From Azolla caroliniana (Eukaryota; Plantae; Polypodiophyta): a stretch of 64,000 bases of DNA. The DNA lies in contig JBHGNT010000009.1 of the NCBI GenBank assembly GCA_043228905.1, positions 1,426,001 through 1,490,000 of the forward strand. Direction: 5' to 3'. Shown here one piece after another: positions 37,150-51,800 of the stretch. The translations under genes and the position numbers were made by a program. The first letter of the stretch is position 1. Each line of letters begins with the position of its first letter. The notes under the pieces are model-generated. The model saw nothing but the letters and a program-made list of their open reading frames with translations, was not told the origin of the DNA and did not search any database.

Positions 37150-39958
37150 CTACTTTGATGGAAACAGCATTATAGTTGTCTCCTCAATCAGATCATCCAA
37201 GATATGTCTTTCCATATGATACCCTAATGCTTCAATTCCCATATTGGGTTCAAGCCATTTGTCTCGAATTACATGTTTGGCCACTAGATTCTCCACGGTT
37301 TCAAATGGACAAACAACGGTTGATAGCAAATGATTTACAAGGCTTTCACGAGAGGGCAACATGCATTGGCTTGTGAGCATTCTATGACAACAATGAACAG
37401 GAAACCCTAAGAGATCACAAAGGATTTCATTCAATGAATCAAAAAGAAGTTGCCTTTGTGAGAGGGATTTCAAAGTTCCCAATCGACTTTGCTTGCTCAA
37501 ATATCTCATATCTACCATTTGGAAAAGAGAAGGATCAAGCGGTTGAGATAATGAATGAATACGGTGAAGAATATCATCATCCCTCATCAACCCAGATGCT
37601 GTAAGGACATCCTTAACATACAACATTTCTGAGTTTTTCACGTGATCCAAATGTTTTACATCAATTGGGTAAGCATCATCGAAGCGTGGGTAATCCATGA
37701 AATTCTTGAATGATGATCCTTGGAAAGCTTCTTCTTCTTCCTGATGGGGTTGTAACGGTAAATCTGCACACATACATCTGACTGACATAAGAATTCTGTT
37801 AACTAATGAAAAACAACCATCAGTTTTTCTTTGAGAACCAAATCCCACATTTCATACACATTTTAACCTTCTTCAGTGGTTTTCACCTTACATTGAGGTT
37901 TAACCACAATTACTAAGAAGAAAAGGGATGGAAATTGACTGAGAATCCTGTTAAGGTATTTTGGGATGTTTATGTTCACTAAGAAATCTCAGTTATCTTT
38001 TGAATACTTAAATAAAGGGATGTGCGCCTATAGAAAAGTAAACTAAACAATGTTAAATATTACCGCATTGAGGATCAAGGCACTTCCCCTTGAATTCAAT
38101 GTATTCGTCCTCTACAAAAGGTTCGTTTAAAACAGAGACAGGACTATGTTCAGACTGCTCTTTCACGTGACAACCATTAGCACTTTTCTTCAATATATCA
38201 TTTGCAGAGATCAACGAAGAGTCGAAACTAGCTTGATTTTTAGAAACATAAACCTACAATTAAACATCATTACCAGTGTCAAAAACAATATTCTGTTGAA
38301 CCAAATGAATGCATAAACATAGTGACTCAATGAGCTTACATGTTCCTGGGACGTAACATATGAATCGGTGTTTGGAATGTCAACCCCAATGGAATCAACA
38401 TCAATGTTGAATTGACTAGTGGCTTGATTTGTAACTAGATTTTTCATTTCAAACTGTGTTCGTTCTGATTTCTTTATAGCTTCACCCCATCCAGAGTTTG
38501 GAGTTTTTTGCACAAGTCCTGTTGGCCTAAACAAGTTTAAAAAAGCTCTCCTTTTAACTTGATTGTGGAGAGATCTTCAACTGATCAATGGAAGCAATAG
38601 AGAAAAAGGAACACATATTACCTCAGAATAGTTATCCTAAACTCTTTCTTGGGTTTCCCCTCTTTAAAATCTAAATCAGAACAATTGATTGTAGGCTTAT
38701 CCATCTTATCATCTGAACCTTTCTTAAATTTTGATACAACTCCCGATAGATCTGGATCAGAAGTAGTGGGACACATATGTTTGTAGGTAGCCATGAAATC
38801 CCTAAAAAAAGTTTTCCTAACGTGTTTTGTGGTGTCTTTACCAATCTGCCTTGGAGACTTTAATGAATTCTTATAATCGCCAGTATCAGCTGCCATAGTG
38901 CTATCAGATTTATACAAATCTTTGGTGCCATTCTTTAGACGCAATCCATTAAAATCTTGATCTATATTCTTGTCCCCTTCCCTTACTTTCTTATAGTCGT
39001 CTGGAAACTCGACCAAAACAGAATTTGAATTCAACACTCTACTTGTATTTGGCTTCAAGACTACTATCCGAGAGGGGATGTTACTGTGCGTATTGTTTAG
39101 ATTCTTCTCAGGATCCATCAGATATTCACCTCGAGAGAAAATGTTGAAATCAACATTATTGTGTAGATTCTTCTCAGAATCCATCGAATATTCACCATGA
39201 TAATGCCACCTTTCTGAAGGTTCAATCCCACCAAACGTTGGAACTCTTGATGTCCCAACAGCATTTCTTCCCAAACCACTTCGATTTTTCTTGTGAGATC
39301 GATTGGTTGTTTGGGGCTTAATAAAATGTAGTGCTTGATAGGCATTCCATTCCTTAACATCTTCTATTTTATGTGATGGAAAACAAAAGCTGGCAACATT
39401 TTTTTCCATATCTTTGTCAACAGAGCTAGCATTTGAGCCCTGAAGGAATCTCATAAAGGTCTCTTTATTGGACTGCAGAAACTTTATAGCATCTAGAAGT
39501 TCCTCTGATTCACTAAATTCAGGTTCCTGAAGTTTTGAATAAGATCTTGAATGACCTTGTTTTCTTTGAATTTGTGACATTCCGAATTCCTGAAGCTGTT
39601 GCTCTTGTGGGTTATTACGAAAACGAAGCTTTACTTTTTCATCTTCAGAATTACTTTGCTGATGAAGGCTCACATTTTCATATTCATGATGTTGTCTCTC
39701 TAATATAGATTTGCAAGTAGTCGAATGTACATTAATATGATCAGCCTTGAATTCTGTTGAAGAACTCCGAGAATCTCTAAAATCTACTGGAGGTTTATCC
39801 AATCCCATTAATCTTGCAATCACACCAGGAGTTCGGTTTTCTGGTTCAATAGCTTCATTATGAGTCTGTGCACCTTTCGATAAATTTTTATCAATCAAAG
39901 ATTCTATAGAAATTTTACATTTTTTGGTAGCAATTTTCTTGTGCATTCCATAGGCCAT
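37150..39958 (-). CDS. TON1-recruiting-motif (TRM)/LONGIFOLIA-like protein (VARLMGL, DUF3741, DUF4378). Exons 38622-39958, 38340-38526, 38064-38253, 37150-37763; a further 5' exon ending at 40063 is possible
   Basis: PGVIARLMGLD, SRIVVLKP, EHSPVSVL..PF, YVKDVL.ASG, QLLFDSLNE and ILDDLIEE motifs; GT-AG introns keep the frame (phases 2, 0, 1). Confidence 0.85.
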
Positions 39959-41047
39959 CTAAAACGGAAAATGGAGAAAAATCCATAATTGGAATCTAGT
40001 AACAAAAGTTATGCATTTCTTTAAAACTTCAAGCATAAAATTTTGAATACTGATGCATATACCTGAATTTGGTCCTTCCTTTCCATATTTTGGGGTGTCC
40101 TTGTATTTGCATTTAAGTGCCTTAAAAGGTGGTCTTATACTTCAAATCCTAGAGAATGTACAGAAACAATATGAAATTTGGCAAAGTAACACGTCCATTC
40201 ATGAACGACAAAGAGCATTGTTGTGGATAATAGCTGCTTAATGGGTTACAAGAGAGGGTAATAAAAAAGGCGTGGCTATATCACAAAATAACTTGCATTC
40301 ATGTTAAAATGATAATTTATTCCTAGGATTAGGTTCCTCCATAGTAAAAACTCGAGCTTCCACATGGTACTAACAATGAAGTATGAATCCCTGTGAGAGA
40401 CATGAAGAACTTGATTTCTTGATAAGCAATATATAACAAACAAAAACGAATTTGCATTTTCGTTAAGCAACATATATATCATAAACTAAGATGAACTTGC
40501 ATTCTTGTTGCGCAATATTGTTTCAAACAGCTCTACTAGGGTTAGGTTTTAAATGTTACAAACTCATAGAACCACATCATGAACTTTACAGTATATAACA
40601 ATGAGTCTATGAATGAGATAGATCTTACTAAAAGCAATCTTGATAGGTTTATGTTTTAACATGTTAAAAACTCATATGTAATGAATTGTGCAGTAACAGT
40701 ATTCAAGAATGAAGTAGGAATTCTTATGAGAGAGAACAAGGGGTTGCATTCTTGATGAGGAGGAGCACAAAGTACTTACAATCCACAACCACCCATGATG
40801 AAAGTTCGGCTTGTACATAAACTCACACCTCATGAATTTGCATTTGCATAGTACTGACTAAGAATGAATTACGAATCCCGGGTGTACATACGGCTTATTC
40901 CAAGGCTTCTTTGCAGAGGGTGAGGAGAGCCTTGCTTCCTTTCCATGTAGGTTTTTGAAGTCCACATTCAAATGCATATAGACAAACGAAGAAAGATCAT
41001 GCTAATCTCTCAGTTTCCATGAGAAGAAGAAGAAGAAGAAAAACAGG

Positions 41048-42529
41048 GGAGAACAGGGGAGGGAGATTCTTGGGTATGATGGGTCTTTAGAAACAATGAT
41101 GTGAGCCACAACTTCCAAAAGTATATTCATGAGAGAAAAGGGGGGGAAGGGGGGGGGGGGGGGTTAAAAAAATGATGACAGATTCAGACATTGGCTACTT
41201 TCAATGGCTTTATACTATACATAATATTTCTTAGAAAAGAAGCTTCCAATGAATGATGGGATGAATGTAGTATTGTTTGTTTTTAGTGCAACAAAAGAGA
41301 AATATATACATACATACATACATATAGCTTTCAATTATCATGTTTTGTGCACATGTTGTACTTTGGTGGGAGGGACACTCTAGAGTCCACCTTGAGTAGC
41401 ACTAGAGAGAGTCTAGTAGGAATTGTTAAGTAGTGGGTATATACTATATATACACCCATAGAGATCCTTCATTCAGTGTGGTCCTTACTCACTCGATGCA
41501 CCATACATTGCATGTCATCTCGATGATCCGTACCTTGAAGAAAAGCAATATATGGACTTTGTTGTGTCGAATTCGCATTTCTCGTATCCATCATAATGAG
41601 CATCAATCACACCTTTCTTGCCATAGAATTGGGTAGTCCATGGACCATGCCGACCCCATTTGAACTTGGAAAAAATACACCATAAGGACATGCTAACTGT
41701 CACGCCAAAAGGCTTGATGCCCATTTGTCACCTACCCATATTGAACATAAATGGAAACCAAGGTTGCTCAAGGGATGGTTTGTGTTGTTTGCCCTTATGG
41801 TTGTTCAATGTGAATTTGGGCTATGATGCATCGCTTAGAGAGGTGTTACCAAACAACTCTCTCTAAGCTCATTGACAATGGAAAAATAAGGGTGATAAAA
41901 TTATTCTCTTATGTATGTGTGGAGGCAGTATCGTGTAACTTGCTTCATTTTTTAATTATACTAACATGAAACTCCTACAATCCTTAAACGTGTCTCAATC
42001 ATTAGGACAAACATGTGAGGTTTATGTTGCTTGTGGGATCTTTTATGATGCCAAATGTTTTGTGTTGTGAGTATTACATCCAAGCCTTCATGCATCCCAT
42101 GTTTCTCTTACCAACTGTTATGTTGGGAATGAAGGCTTGGGTAAATGGACCATTGGATAGGGCTCACCAAATGGACATCCTTTTTAAATAGATTGTGCCC
42201 GAAAGAAGTTTAGATATTCCCAATGTTGTGGACCAACATAATCTTTTACACGTGCAACGAACATGTTGTATTTAAGGAACCAATTACTAGATAGGATCCA
42301 CAAATCGGAAAACTTTGAGATGAGAATCGTAATTTGATGTTATCTAATAATGGTTTTTCCCATGACATTGCCTCTTGCTATAAGAGTAGGGTTAATAAAC
42401 CACTTTCTTTCTCTTGAACATCTTCCTTGTCTTTGGTTGGCAAATTTTCATATCGAAGTAGAAACTTGATATTTACATCATGAAGTAAGTGTTCTCATAA
42501 CCTTGAGTTTGCATATTTCAGATTTTCAT
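41048..42529. repeat. Inverted repeat 2, right arm (mirrors 32183-33317 + 35481-35775)
   Basis: ggagaacaggggagggagattcttggg / cccaagaatctccctcccctgttctcc; continuous match apart from the LINE inserted in the left arm. Confidence 0.9.
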
Positions 42530-43299
42530 CTTAGGAATTAATATCTTTGTTTGGTACAATATTTCTCTAGTAAGCATATGCTTGACAAACCTTACATCCC
42601 ATTGTTGTCTATTTGGTTATCTTTAATCCAATATGTTGACTGAAAAAAAACAATTGCACCTCAAAAGTAAATGTGCTTATACAATTATTTCACTGCGTTT
42701 AATTTATCGAAGCATTATAATTTATTTAACCATCAACATAGTGATCACCTTTTAATACCTTTGCTTGGTCCCTCATAAAGTTCAAGTATCACTTATTGCA
42801 TGAGAAGAAATTCGACCCTTAAATTCCCCTAGATTCTGCAATATCAATCACTCACAATGTAAGATGCATGAGACAAGCAATTTATGAATGTATAAATTAG
42901 GATCACAATGTTGATATTATTTATACTATTTTAAGTTAAATACATATATTCTTAATGAGTTTTTGTAAATTGCACCGGATCAATGATGTGATTTAAAAGA
43001 ATTAATGAAAAGTATCAAGTGTGGACAAAAATTAGCGTCATACTTCTATCTGAGTGATGCTCATAATTTTCTATTGTTTAAGTAGATTGGTCGAAATCTT
43101 ACACTAGCCACCATTCATTCTTAAAAAATTGTGCAAATATGTTGATAGAATACAAGGATATTTCATTTATTGTTTTTGAAGCTCGGGTTCTCGTATGTTT
43201 ACACTTCGCTCTTATCTATGTCACTCAATTCCCCAATACATTGACTCTCTCCCTCACCCTCTCTCCAAGACCCAAAGAGAAAGCATTTGTACGGGGTAA

Positions 43300-44130
43300 A
43301 ATTTGGAAAAACATTAAAGGGAAAGCATGTTGACAGCTATGGTATTATCTCTTATGAACTTTGTGCATGTATGAAAGAAATTGTACGAGAAATCAACGTG
43401 GCAACAATGATGTGTTATGGTTCTCTTTCTACCTAACTTCTCTTATTATTGAGGATGTATACAATCGACACTAAAGGCATACAATCTTCAAGGTATCAAG
43501 TCCAATATGTTTAATGAATGGGAAAAGAAACACGTTATTGGATATGTGATATTTTTGACCATTGTAACATGGCATCGCTCACAATTGGCATATAAAGTAG
43601 ATTAAACCTTTACTTAATGAGGAAATAAAAAGGATCACGATCAAACATCTTGTGAAAAGTGTTTTTGATGTATACTGAAAGGAAAGTTGAAAGCATGGGC
43701 TAAAGAGAATGAAAAGAGAGCATGTGAGCTTACAAACAATAAGTTTTTCAAAAACATTATATCACCATTCATCAAGTTGTCACTTTTTGAGTCTTTATAG
43801 AGGGAAGTCATTTGAAAGGTAAATAACTATATTGTTGCTTCATAGGCTTCAAAAGCTTTTGATATGGTGTTGCATGAGCATCATTGGAGATGCATGGACA
43901 AACTTGAAGTTCCACATGTACGTATGTATGTATTGCTTATGGTTTCCATTATTAATGAGACGGAAATATATTGTGTGTCTATGGGAGACATGATTCCGTG
44001 TATTTTTACTAGCACTATGAATCTTAAGCAATGATGCACCATGTCTTCACTAACACTCTTTTGGTTGCATTGATGAATTGGAACAAATGATTGACAAGTT
44101 TGTACAACAAGGCATTGAAGAGGTTACCTA
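43300..44130 (+). mobile_element. Older degenerate copy of the same LINE RT family as 33318-35480
   Basis: atgtgttatggttctcttt, ttcaaaagcttttgatatggt and gcattgatgaattggaacaaatg match 33412-34130. Confidence 0.8.
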
Positions 44131-44559
44131 CTTTTGTTAATGCAGATAATATGTTGCTTTGAGCATAGAAGTTCTAGCGCTACACTCACATAAAGACCAA
44201 TGTGTGATACACGTGCACATTGGTGCTATAACCAAACTTGAAAGATTAATGAGTAGCTTCAACATAATGTAGAACCAAAGCAAAAAGAAACAAAGATGCA
44301 TGTGCAAAGAAGTCATAATGACAAGGGAACGAGACGAAAAAGAACACAAAAAATGTGGTAAAGCTATTGCACATTTTTCTCTAAATTACAACACAACAAA
44401 TGTACTAAGATCCAAATCTAAGCCCTAATTTACATAGTTTAAAGTGGTTCTCGTTAGGTTAGTCTAAATTACTAGCATTACCACTCCATGTGTATTATCG
44501 CCATAATCCCCCACCTAAGGCTCTTTCTCAACATTCTTATTAACCCCTTCTGATCTTGT

Positions 44560-45950
44560 TGTACAAAAGGCAAGTTGTTCCACATAGGCCTCCTTAAGAT
44601 CACCATGAACAAAAGGCAATTTTCACGCCCACCTACTCTAGCACCAAATTATCCTCTATCATTGCATGTAATAGAAAAAAGTCATCATCTTCAAAACAAA
44701 ATGGAATACTTCATCAAAATATACTTTTTGGTTTTGTTCAAATCCCTTGACAACAAGCCACGTTTTGTACTTTGAATGGGGTAGTTAAAACTGAACTTCA
44801 ACTTGTATATCCACTTACATGGTAAACTCCTCTTACCTTTCAATACATTAATTCCCAAGTCATAATCTTGAGAATAAACTTTATTTTTTTATTCATTGCA
44901 AGTTCCCCTTTAACTTTTTCTTCAATTTGCATAACTTATTTACAACAAAGAAGGCTCTCATAAATCTAACAACAAATTTTCATCTATTACAAATATGTTT
45001 GGTGGGTTGGTCAAGTTATAAGTTCATCCAAATCAAACAAATATTGAACTACTTAGATCTATTGGGATCCATTAATATCTGTTAGCAAGTCTAGATTTGA
45101 TAATGGACTTGCATGCATTAGTGTGTGCATCCATGCTCAACCTTGTTCACTGTGTATTCATGTTGCCTTCACTTTGCCTCTATTGTCCATTAACCCCCCA
45201 TTAGTCACATTTCACCTATTCCCACTAGAAGTAGAAGACCATGAACTTGTTGTTTGTGTCAAATGATTGAGTCAAATTCCTTCATCTTGATCTCATACGA
45301 CCTCTTTATTAGATAGACTTTATTTGAGGTGGTATTTTTCTCATAAGTGTCCATTGCCTTCTTCTATGGTGTTCTCAATGTTTCATGATCTAGAAGTGAG
45401 AAATAGATATTATTTGACAAGTGCAATAGATGTCAATATTATGAGTTGGTCCAATACATTATAATCTTCATCATTTATATCAATGGGTATCTTCCTACCA
45501 ACGAATTTCCATTACCTCCATTGAATCATAACATTAGGGATCTTTTTCCACAAAGAGATTTTAGATACATCAAAATTATATCTAAACCTTCTCTACCTTG
45601 GCTTAGGTAATTTCACATGGAATTCCTTGATCGTGAAAACATTCTCGATTATATGCAGGACATCTTTATTAACATTATAGTGTTATATGTTGTTGTCACG
45701 GGCTATAAAGGAGTATATTCAAAAATTTGAGCAAACGTGCTCCCACCTCGACTACAATCATATTTGCACACCTATAAACTACAAAAGTGTGTTTTTTCGC
45801 GATGACCAGATCTATGATATGTCTCCTCCTCTTCACGTGTGTGTGCTTACATGCTTAATGTATATCATGTGAGTGCCACACAACTTTCCTATAAATCTTC
45901 GAATATGCTCTAAAGATATTGTAGTTAAACTCGACTCTGATACCGATTGG
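44560..45950 (-). mobile_element. Degenerate Ty1/Copia internal region
   Basis: Minus strand GKRSLPCKWIYKLK (~44795-44838), a frameshifted VK.AF.HGDLKE (~44585-44630), and a tRNA-Met PBS-like ctctgatacc at ~45935. Confidence 0.7.
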
Positions 45951-48263
45951 TGGAGTTCTAGTGCTACATTTGCATACAAGACCAAGATGTGAACTCCCAC
46001 ATTTAGAGGTGATGTGCCTAAACTTTAAAGGTTGGTGGAATGGAAACGTTGAGGGAAGGGAAGAAAGATGCTTGTACTAGGAAGTCGAAAGAAGAAGGGA
46101 ATAAGAAACAAAACATAGAAAAAGGTAGAAAATAGGTTGTCTTTCTTTCAATTAGATGTAATGAATGTGTTAAGAATCAAGATCCTCTCTTCTAACCTCA
46201 ATTTACATACTTTGGCAGAAGGAGTTGCATTGGGGTGGTTTAGCCATTTAACTTTAAATCCCAAGTTTATTATTACAACTTTGATTAGTGATGGAAGTAG
46301 GAAAGACAAATTACTATGCATTTCAAAGCCATAAATGGAGGAAAAACTAAACGTTGGGTTCTTAAGAAATACTTCTTTGTCACTTCAGTAGCACCTTCCC
46401 TATATCCAATTGGAAACGGTTTGAAAATTCCCTACACTTGTTTTACAAGTCAAGATACAAATGTCATATGTGTTCCTACTTCTTGAGACTATATCAATTC
46501 CCATCGAGGTCATGGGTATAGAAAGGGTTGAAAAAATAAAACCGTAATCAAATTCCGAGCATTTCAATGGGAAGGAAGTATAATAGTTTAGAAGACACCC
46601 AAAGCAAAATACAAAGTTCCAAATTGATGGAATTTATGACATAATAGTTTGGAGGTTGGATGTATTACACTTACTTCATGATGCCTCTATAGAATTCTTG
46701 GTGAACCAACTTTTTGGGAATGTTAAATGTATCAAGGCTCAAAGAGATGCGGAGGTTTGTGCTTCAAATATTCTATCACATAATTTGCACCCAACTATAA
46801 AACCATTTTCTTATATGATATAGAAATTGCACTCAGCCATACATGCATTCTAGAAGTTTTCTCCTTTTCGATCTTTCGCATCATTGCTTTCGCAATGCCT
46901 TTGTTCACATTCTCTTCCAATTGAGAAAGTGCAGTGAGACAAATATGAGGAGATTGATCAACTATGCATATTTAATTTTTTCTCCAAACAAGTTCATGAA
47001 TCCACTAGAATGCTCATTGTGTTATCTAGTCATGGGCTATGATGGGAGTTTTCAACATAATGATCAACTCGAATTGATGAACAAGGAGACATAAGTCATA
47101 ACATCATATTCATATAAGGAAGGGGAATTCAACACGTAGTAAAGATCAGAAGCTTTCTTGCGTCTTGGTAAGTAAGCCATATCAGTTTCAGACGAATTAT
47201 TTGATTTCTAAGCGTTGAGACACTCTTGGCACTAACATAGTGATAAGTCAAACTAAAAAGTTAAAACAAAGATAATTGGAACAAGCAAAACCTAGAGTAA
47301 CCATATCTTGATTAAGGGGATCAAAAGTTTAACATGGCTGCTCGATGCATCCAAGATTATTTGTTGAACAAACGCCTAATAAAGTCTTTCAAATCAAAAT
47401 TGACTATGATAACTTCCTTTTAAGCTTTCCTCTAACTAGTCACCAACTTAATAAGAATCTAACTAAAGCAAACTACGCATCGAGGTGTCTGAAACTACAT
47501 GCATTGTGGAACCTTCTAAAATGCTATGGAAATTAGTGGAAAGCTATAGAACATCATGGTGAACTATGGAAGTTTGTAGAAAGTTATGGAAGGTTATCAA
47601 ACATTATGTATTAAAGTTATCGAAGTAGTAGATAGTCTTGCTACAAGTCTAGTGAGTCATGGGAATTATTGTGGAGCTTTAATAACATATGAGTTGTTGG
47701 GTGGGGATTAATCTCCAAGAGGTCAAATCCAGTTATAATACAATTCCTTTCCTTGTACCCTCATCTTGTCGCCTAGTGTAGCCCAAGGTTTGCATCTAGG
47801 TCCTATCCTTGCTTGGCCTAGTCTACCATTGTAACACAAGCATCCAATCCCATTCATGGATTTGCCAAAGCATTTTTGTCCAAGTGGCATTTATAGACGT
47901 GCCTATCTTGTAAATTTCTGTAGGCTCATTTAGCCTCATAAAATCCCCATTCGTTCATTTATCTTTCCCAATCAACCTCGAACCATTCTTGGCGTCAACT
48001 TCTTCCGAATAAAGAAGCTTCACAGTCTTAGGCCAGATACGACAGGGAGGAAGGCATTATTGTAAAACCAATAATGGTCATACATACATACGACACATTG
48101 CATAGGGTAAAGGGTAAGTACACGACATAGAGATCGTAGAAGTATATCAAACCTAAAGGAATCATACAACATTGGAGGCTCGTCATTGAGACGAGATCTA
48201 AAGCAAGGCACCTGGGAAGGACCGCAGGGTATCATACGATACGATCAACAAGACCCTAAAGAT

Positions 48264-48271
48264 AAACCCTA
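48264..48271 (+). promoter_or_regulatory. Telo-box (AAACCCTA) upstream of CPSF73
   Basis: aaaccctaa within a short tandem repeat ~250 bp before the ATG; typical of plant RNA-processing gene promoters. Confidence 0.5.
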
Positions 48272-48512
48272 AAGATAGACCCTGAGTTGAGAGGACAGAC
48301 AACACACCAGATAGAGTAGAGAGACCGACAGAAACCCCTTTACAAAAGAATTGATGATGATATGAAGGCATGCATCATACATACATATATACATAATAGA
48401 CCCCCTTCTTTCCCTCCCAAAACAAAAGTCTTTGTGTTTTTTTGTGTGTGAAAGAAACAGAGGCAGGCACACAGACACAGAAACAGAGTGACTCAAAGAG
48501 AGAGGGAGAGAA

Positions 48513-48821
48513 ATGAGTACCATCACTGTCAACCCTAGTCAGCTGAAGAGGAAAGAGTCCATGACCACCACTTCTGGTGACAAGCTTGACATCACTCCTT
48601 TGGGTGCAGGGAATGAAGTGGGTCGTTCCTGTGTCTACATGACCTACAAAGGAAAAACTGTTCTGGTATGCCTATGTCTATATTTCATTTGATTTATCTT
48701 TTTATAACGTTCATTTCCCCCATTCCTTTCTTCCTTTCCCATTGTTCGGTTAGCTGTTTAAAGCATTATTTTGTGAAGAATTTATCTATCTCAACGTAGA
48801 ATAAAACAACAAAATGATACC

Positions 48822-48880
<59 letters not shown>

Positions 48881-51800
48881 AGTCAAAGTAGTGAGGTTTG
48901 ATCCCAAGTGTATGGCAATGGAAGACCGTGGCACCACTTTATGGCTCTTTGTTATGGACTTAAAAAAAAAAACTCTCTGCAGTTCACAGTTGTTAGTAGC
49001 TATTTTGATACAAATTGATTTATTTTGCATTATTTTCGGTAGTGATATTGTGCACTGTGACATGGTGCTTTGCACGTTTTGTAACCTCTGTAATGTATAC
49101 AATATTATAGAATAGAGATTCACGAGCTTGCATTGCATGAATAGTCTAACACACTATGTAAACTAGATAGTTGTGCTGATTTCTACAGTAAGAGAGATTT
49201 TGCATCTTTCGAGAAAGACATGGAGAAAAGTATGCACACCCACGAATTATATTTGGCCTCTTATAAGAAAAACTCATCATATTCTAGCTCCACCTGATGA
49301 AAACAATGTGAGAAAGAGATAATAATGATGAATGCTTTTCTCCAGGGGTAAAAAACTCATCCAAACATGGTAAATTGTAAAGTTGCAATATTGCCTTTTC
49401 AACCCAGATTGCAAATGGGTTATTAAGAACTGAAAGTGAAAAAATTGATCTATACTATCTGTTTGCATGATGCTTACTATGTTGTTTCTGCAGAAGCACT
49501 TTTGTCTCTCTTTTGATAATGTATTTGACTCATCATGTTAATCTGAGCCTCTTATGTATAGAAACATTAAAATTTACAATGCTTGACATGATGATCTAAA
49601 TCTATTTGTGTGTTGGATCCATCGAGGAGGACAAGATGCCCTAATGCTTGTAATTGGTGAATTCATATGAGTATATTATGGCTCACTAGAATAGAGCTTT
49701 TGTTTCGGAATTTGAAAATCAGACACAAAGTTATTTTACTTGTAGATGAGGGAATCAAGATAGAGATTGTGTCCAATTTAATTCCAATCTCCTTAAAAGT
49801 TGCTATTGTATTCTCCATCTGCTAAATTAAGAATTTCCAACTCTTTTTTTGGGTTTCCAATTTGGTCTAGTTTGATTGCGGGATTCATCCTGGATATTCA
49901 GGAATGGCTGCACTTCCTTACTTTGATGAAATTGATCCATCCACGATAGATGTGCTTCTGATTACACAGTAAGTTTTGTTTAATTTCCATATTTATTCTA
50001 AACCTTGAGATGTTTTTGATAAGAAATGCGGTTTCTGTTTAGTTTTAAATGTTTTTGTTCATTGAGATAGAACGCTTTTTCTGTTTCTTCTTTGGAATTA
50101 TCTTCATATGTGTTTTTGTAGATTCTTCAATATCTTAAATGATTTGGAAAACGTAAAAAATCATAATTTAAATTTCTTAAATTCGTATAAGTAAATGAAC
50201 TGTGCATTTATATACATATTTTTGACCTAGAAACCAATTACTTGTTTCGGCTATTTCTCGTGTTTCGAAACCATTCTCTCGACAGTGTTAGAATTGTAAT
50301 AGATCATTAAATATTTGTTCAGTAGTTTGTAAGTGCTTAAAATTGATCTAGAATAATATGTGACAGCATTGCCAATCAGATTGTACTTTGTGTTGAATGT
50401 GTACATCTATCCATTATGAATACATGTACCATTGACATTTATCATTTATCATCTTTGTGCTATTATTTGACAAGGATCACAGTGTGTAATAACATTTCCT
50501 TGATCTCTATAAAGTAAACAGTTTTTTTCTCCAAATGCAGTTTTCACTTGGATCATTGTGCATCGCTTCCTTACTTCATTGAAAAGGTGATATTCATTAT
50601 ATTTGATTTCTTCCTTCCATATTTGGGACTGGTATGAATCATAGCCATGGATCATATCTGAGCTCTTACAACCTGTGTTATCTATCATGACAGACAACGT
50701 TCAAAGGGAGGGTGTTTATGACTCATGCTACAAAGGCTATATATAAGCTTTTGCTTTCAGATTATGTAAAGATCAGCAAAGTCTCAGTAGAAGACATGCT
50801 TTATGATGAACAAGATATATTGCGGACTATGGATAAGATCGAGGTGAGTCTAAACTCTCTGCTAACTCTCCGGAAGTGAGGAGGTCAATATGAACATGTT
50901 TTGATCTAGTTTTTCTGTAGACTTTCCCCTCAAATTGAGGGTTCTCACCAGTAGTAATATAATGTATTACAAGAAGATAAATAAGACTATCTTATGTGTA
51001 CTTTTGAAACTCATAAATAGGCAAACTGTTAAATAAATCTTGTCTTTTGCTACATGGGGATATTTGTTTGGATTTTGCAGGTGATAGACTTTCACCAGAC
51101 TGTAGAGGTAAATGGAATCAGGTTCTGGTGCTATACTGCTGGGCATGTATTAGGCGCGGCGATGTTTATGGTAGATATAGCTGGTGTTCGAGTTCTATAT
51201 ACAGGTGATTATTCCCGTGAAGAAGATCGTCATCTTAGAGCCGCAGAGATGCCAGAATTTTCACCTGACATTTGTATCATCGAATCAACATATGGTGTCC
51301 AAGTCCATCAGCCACGTGCAGTTCGTGAACGAAGGTTCACAGAAACAGTTCATCAAACAGTTGCACAAGGTGGGCGCGTTCTTATCCCTGCTTTTGCCCT
51401 TGGTAGAGCTCAAGAACTTCTTTTGATCCTTGACGAATACTGGAAATCCCATCCCGAGTTGCATAATATTCCCATCTATTATGCATCCCCCCTTGCCAAG
51501 AAGTGCATGTCAGTGTATCAAACTTACATCAATGCCATGAATGACCGAATCCGTATGCAATATGGGATTTCTAACCCATTCGATTTCACACATATACATC
51601 CTCTTAAAAACATTGATAGCTTTGATGATGTTGGTCCCTCTGTGGTTATGGCCAGTCCAGGAGGTCTTCAAAGTGGATTGTCTAGGCAGCTTTTTGACTT
51701 GTGGTGTCAAGATAAAAAAAATGCGTGTATAATACCTGGATATGTTGTTGAAGGCACACTGGCAAAGACAATATTAAACGAACCCAAGGAAGTGACCTTA

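Noticed and set aside
38211-38621. Apparent stops and frameshifts in the TRM-like gene
   Set aside because: Resolved by 95 bp and 86 bp GT-AG introns that restore the frame
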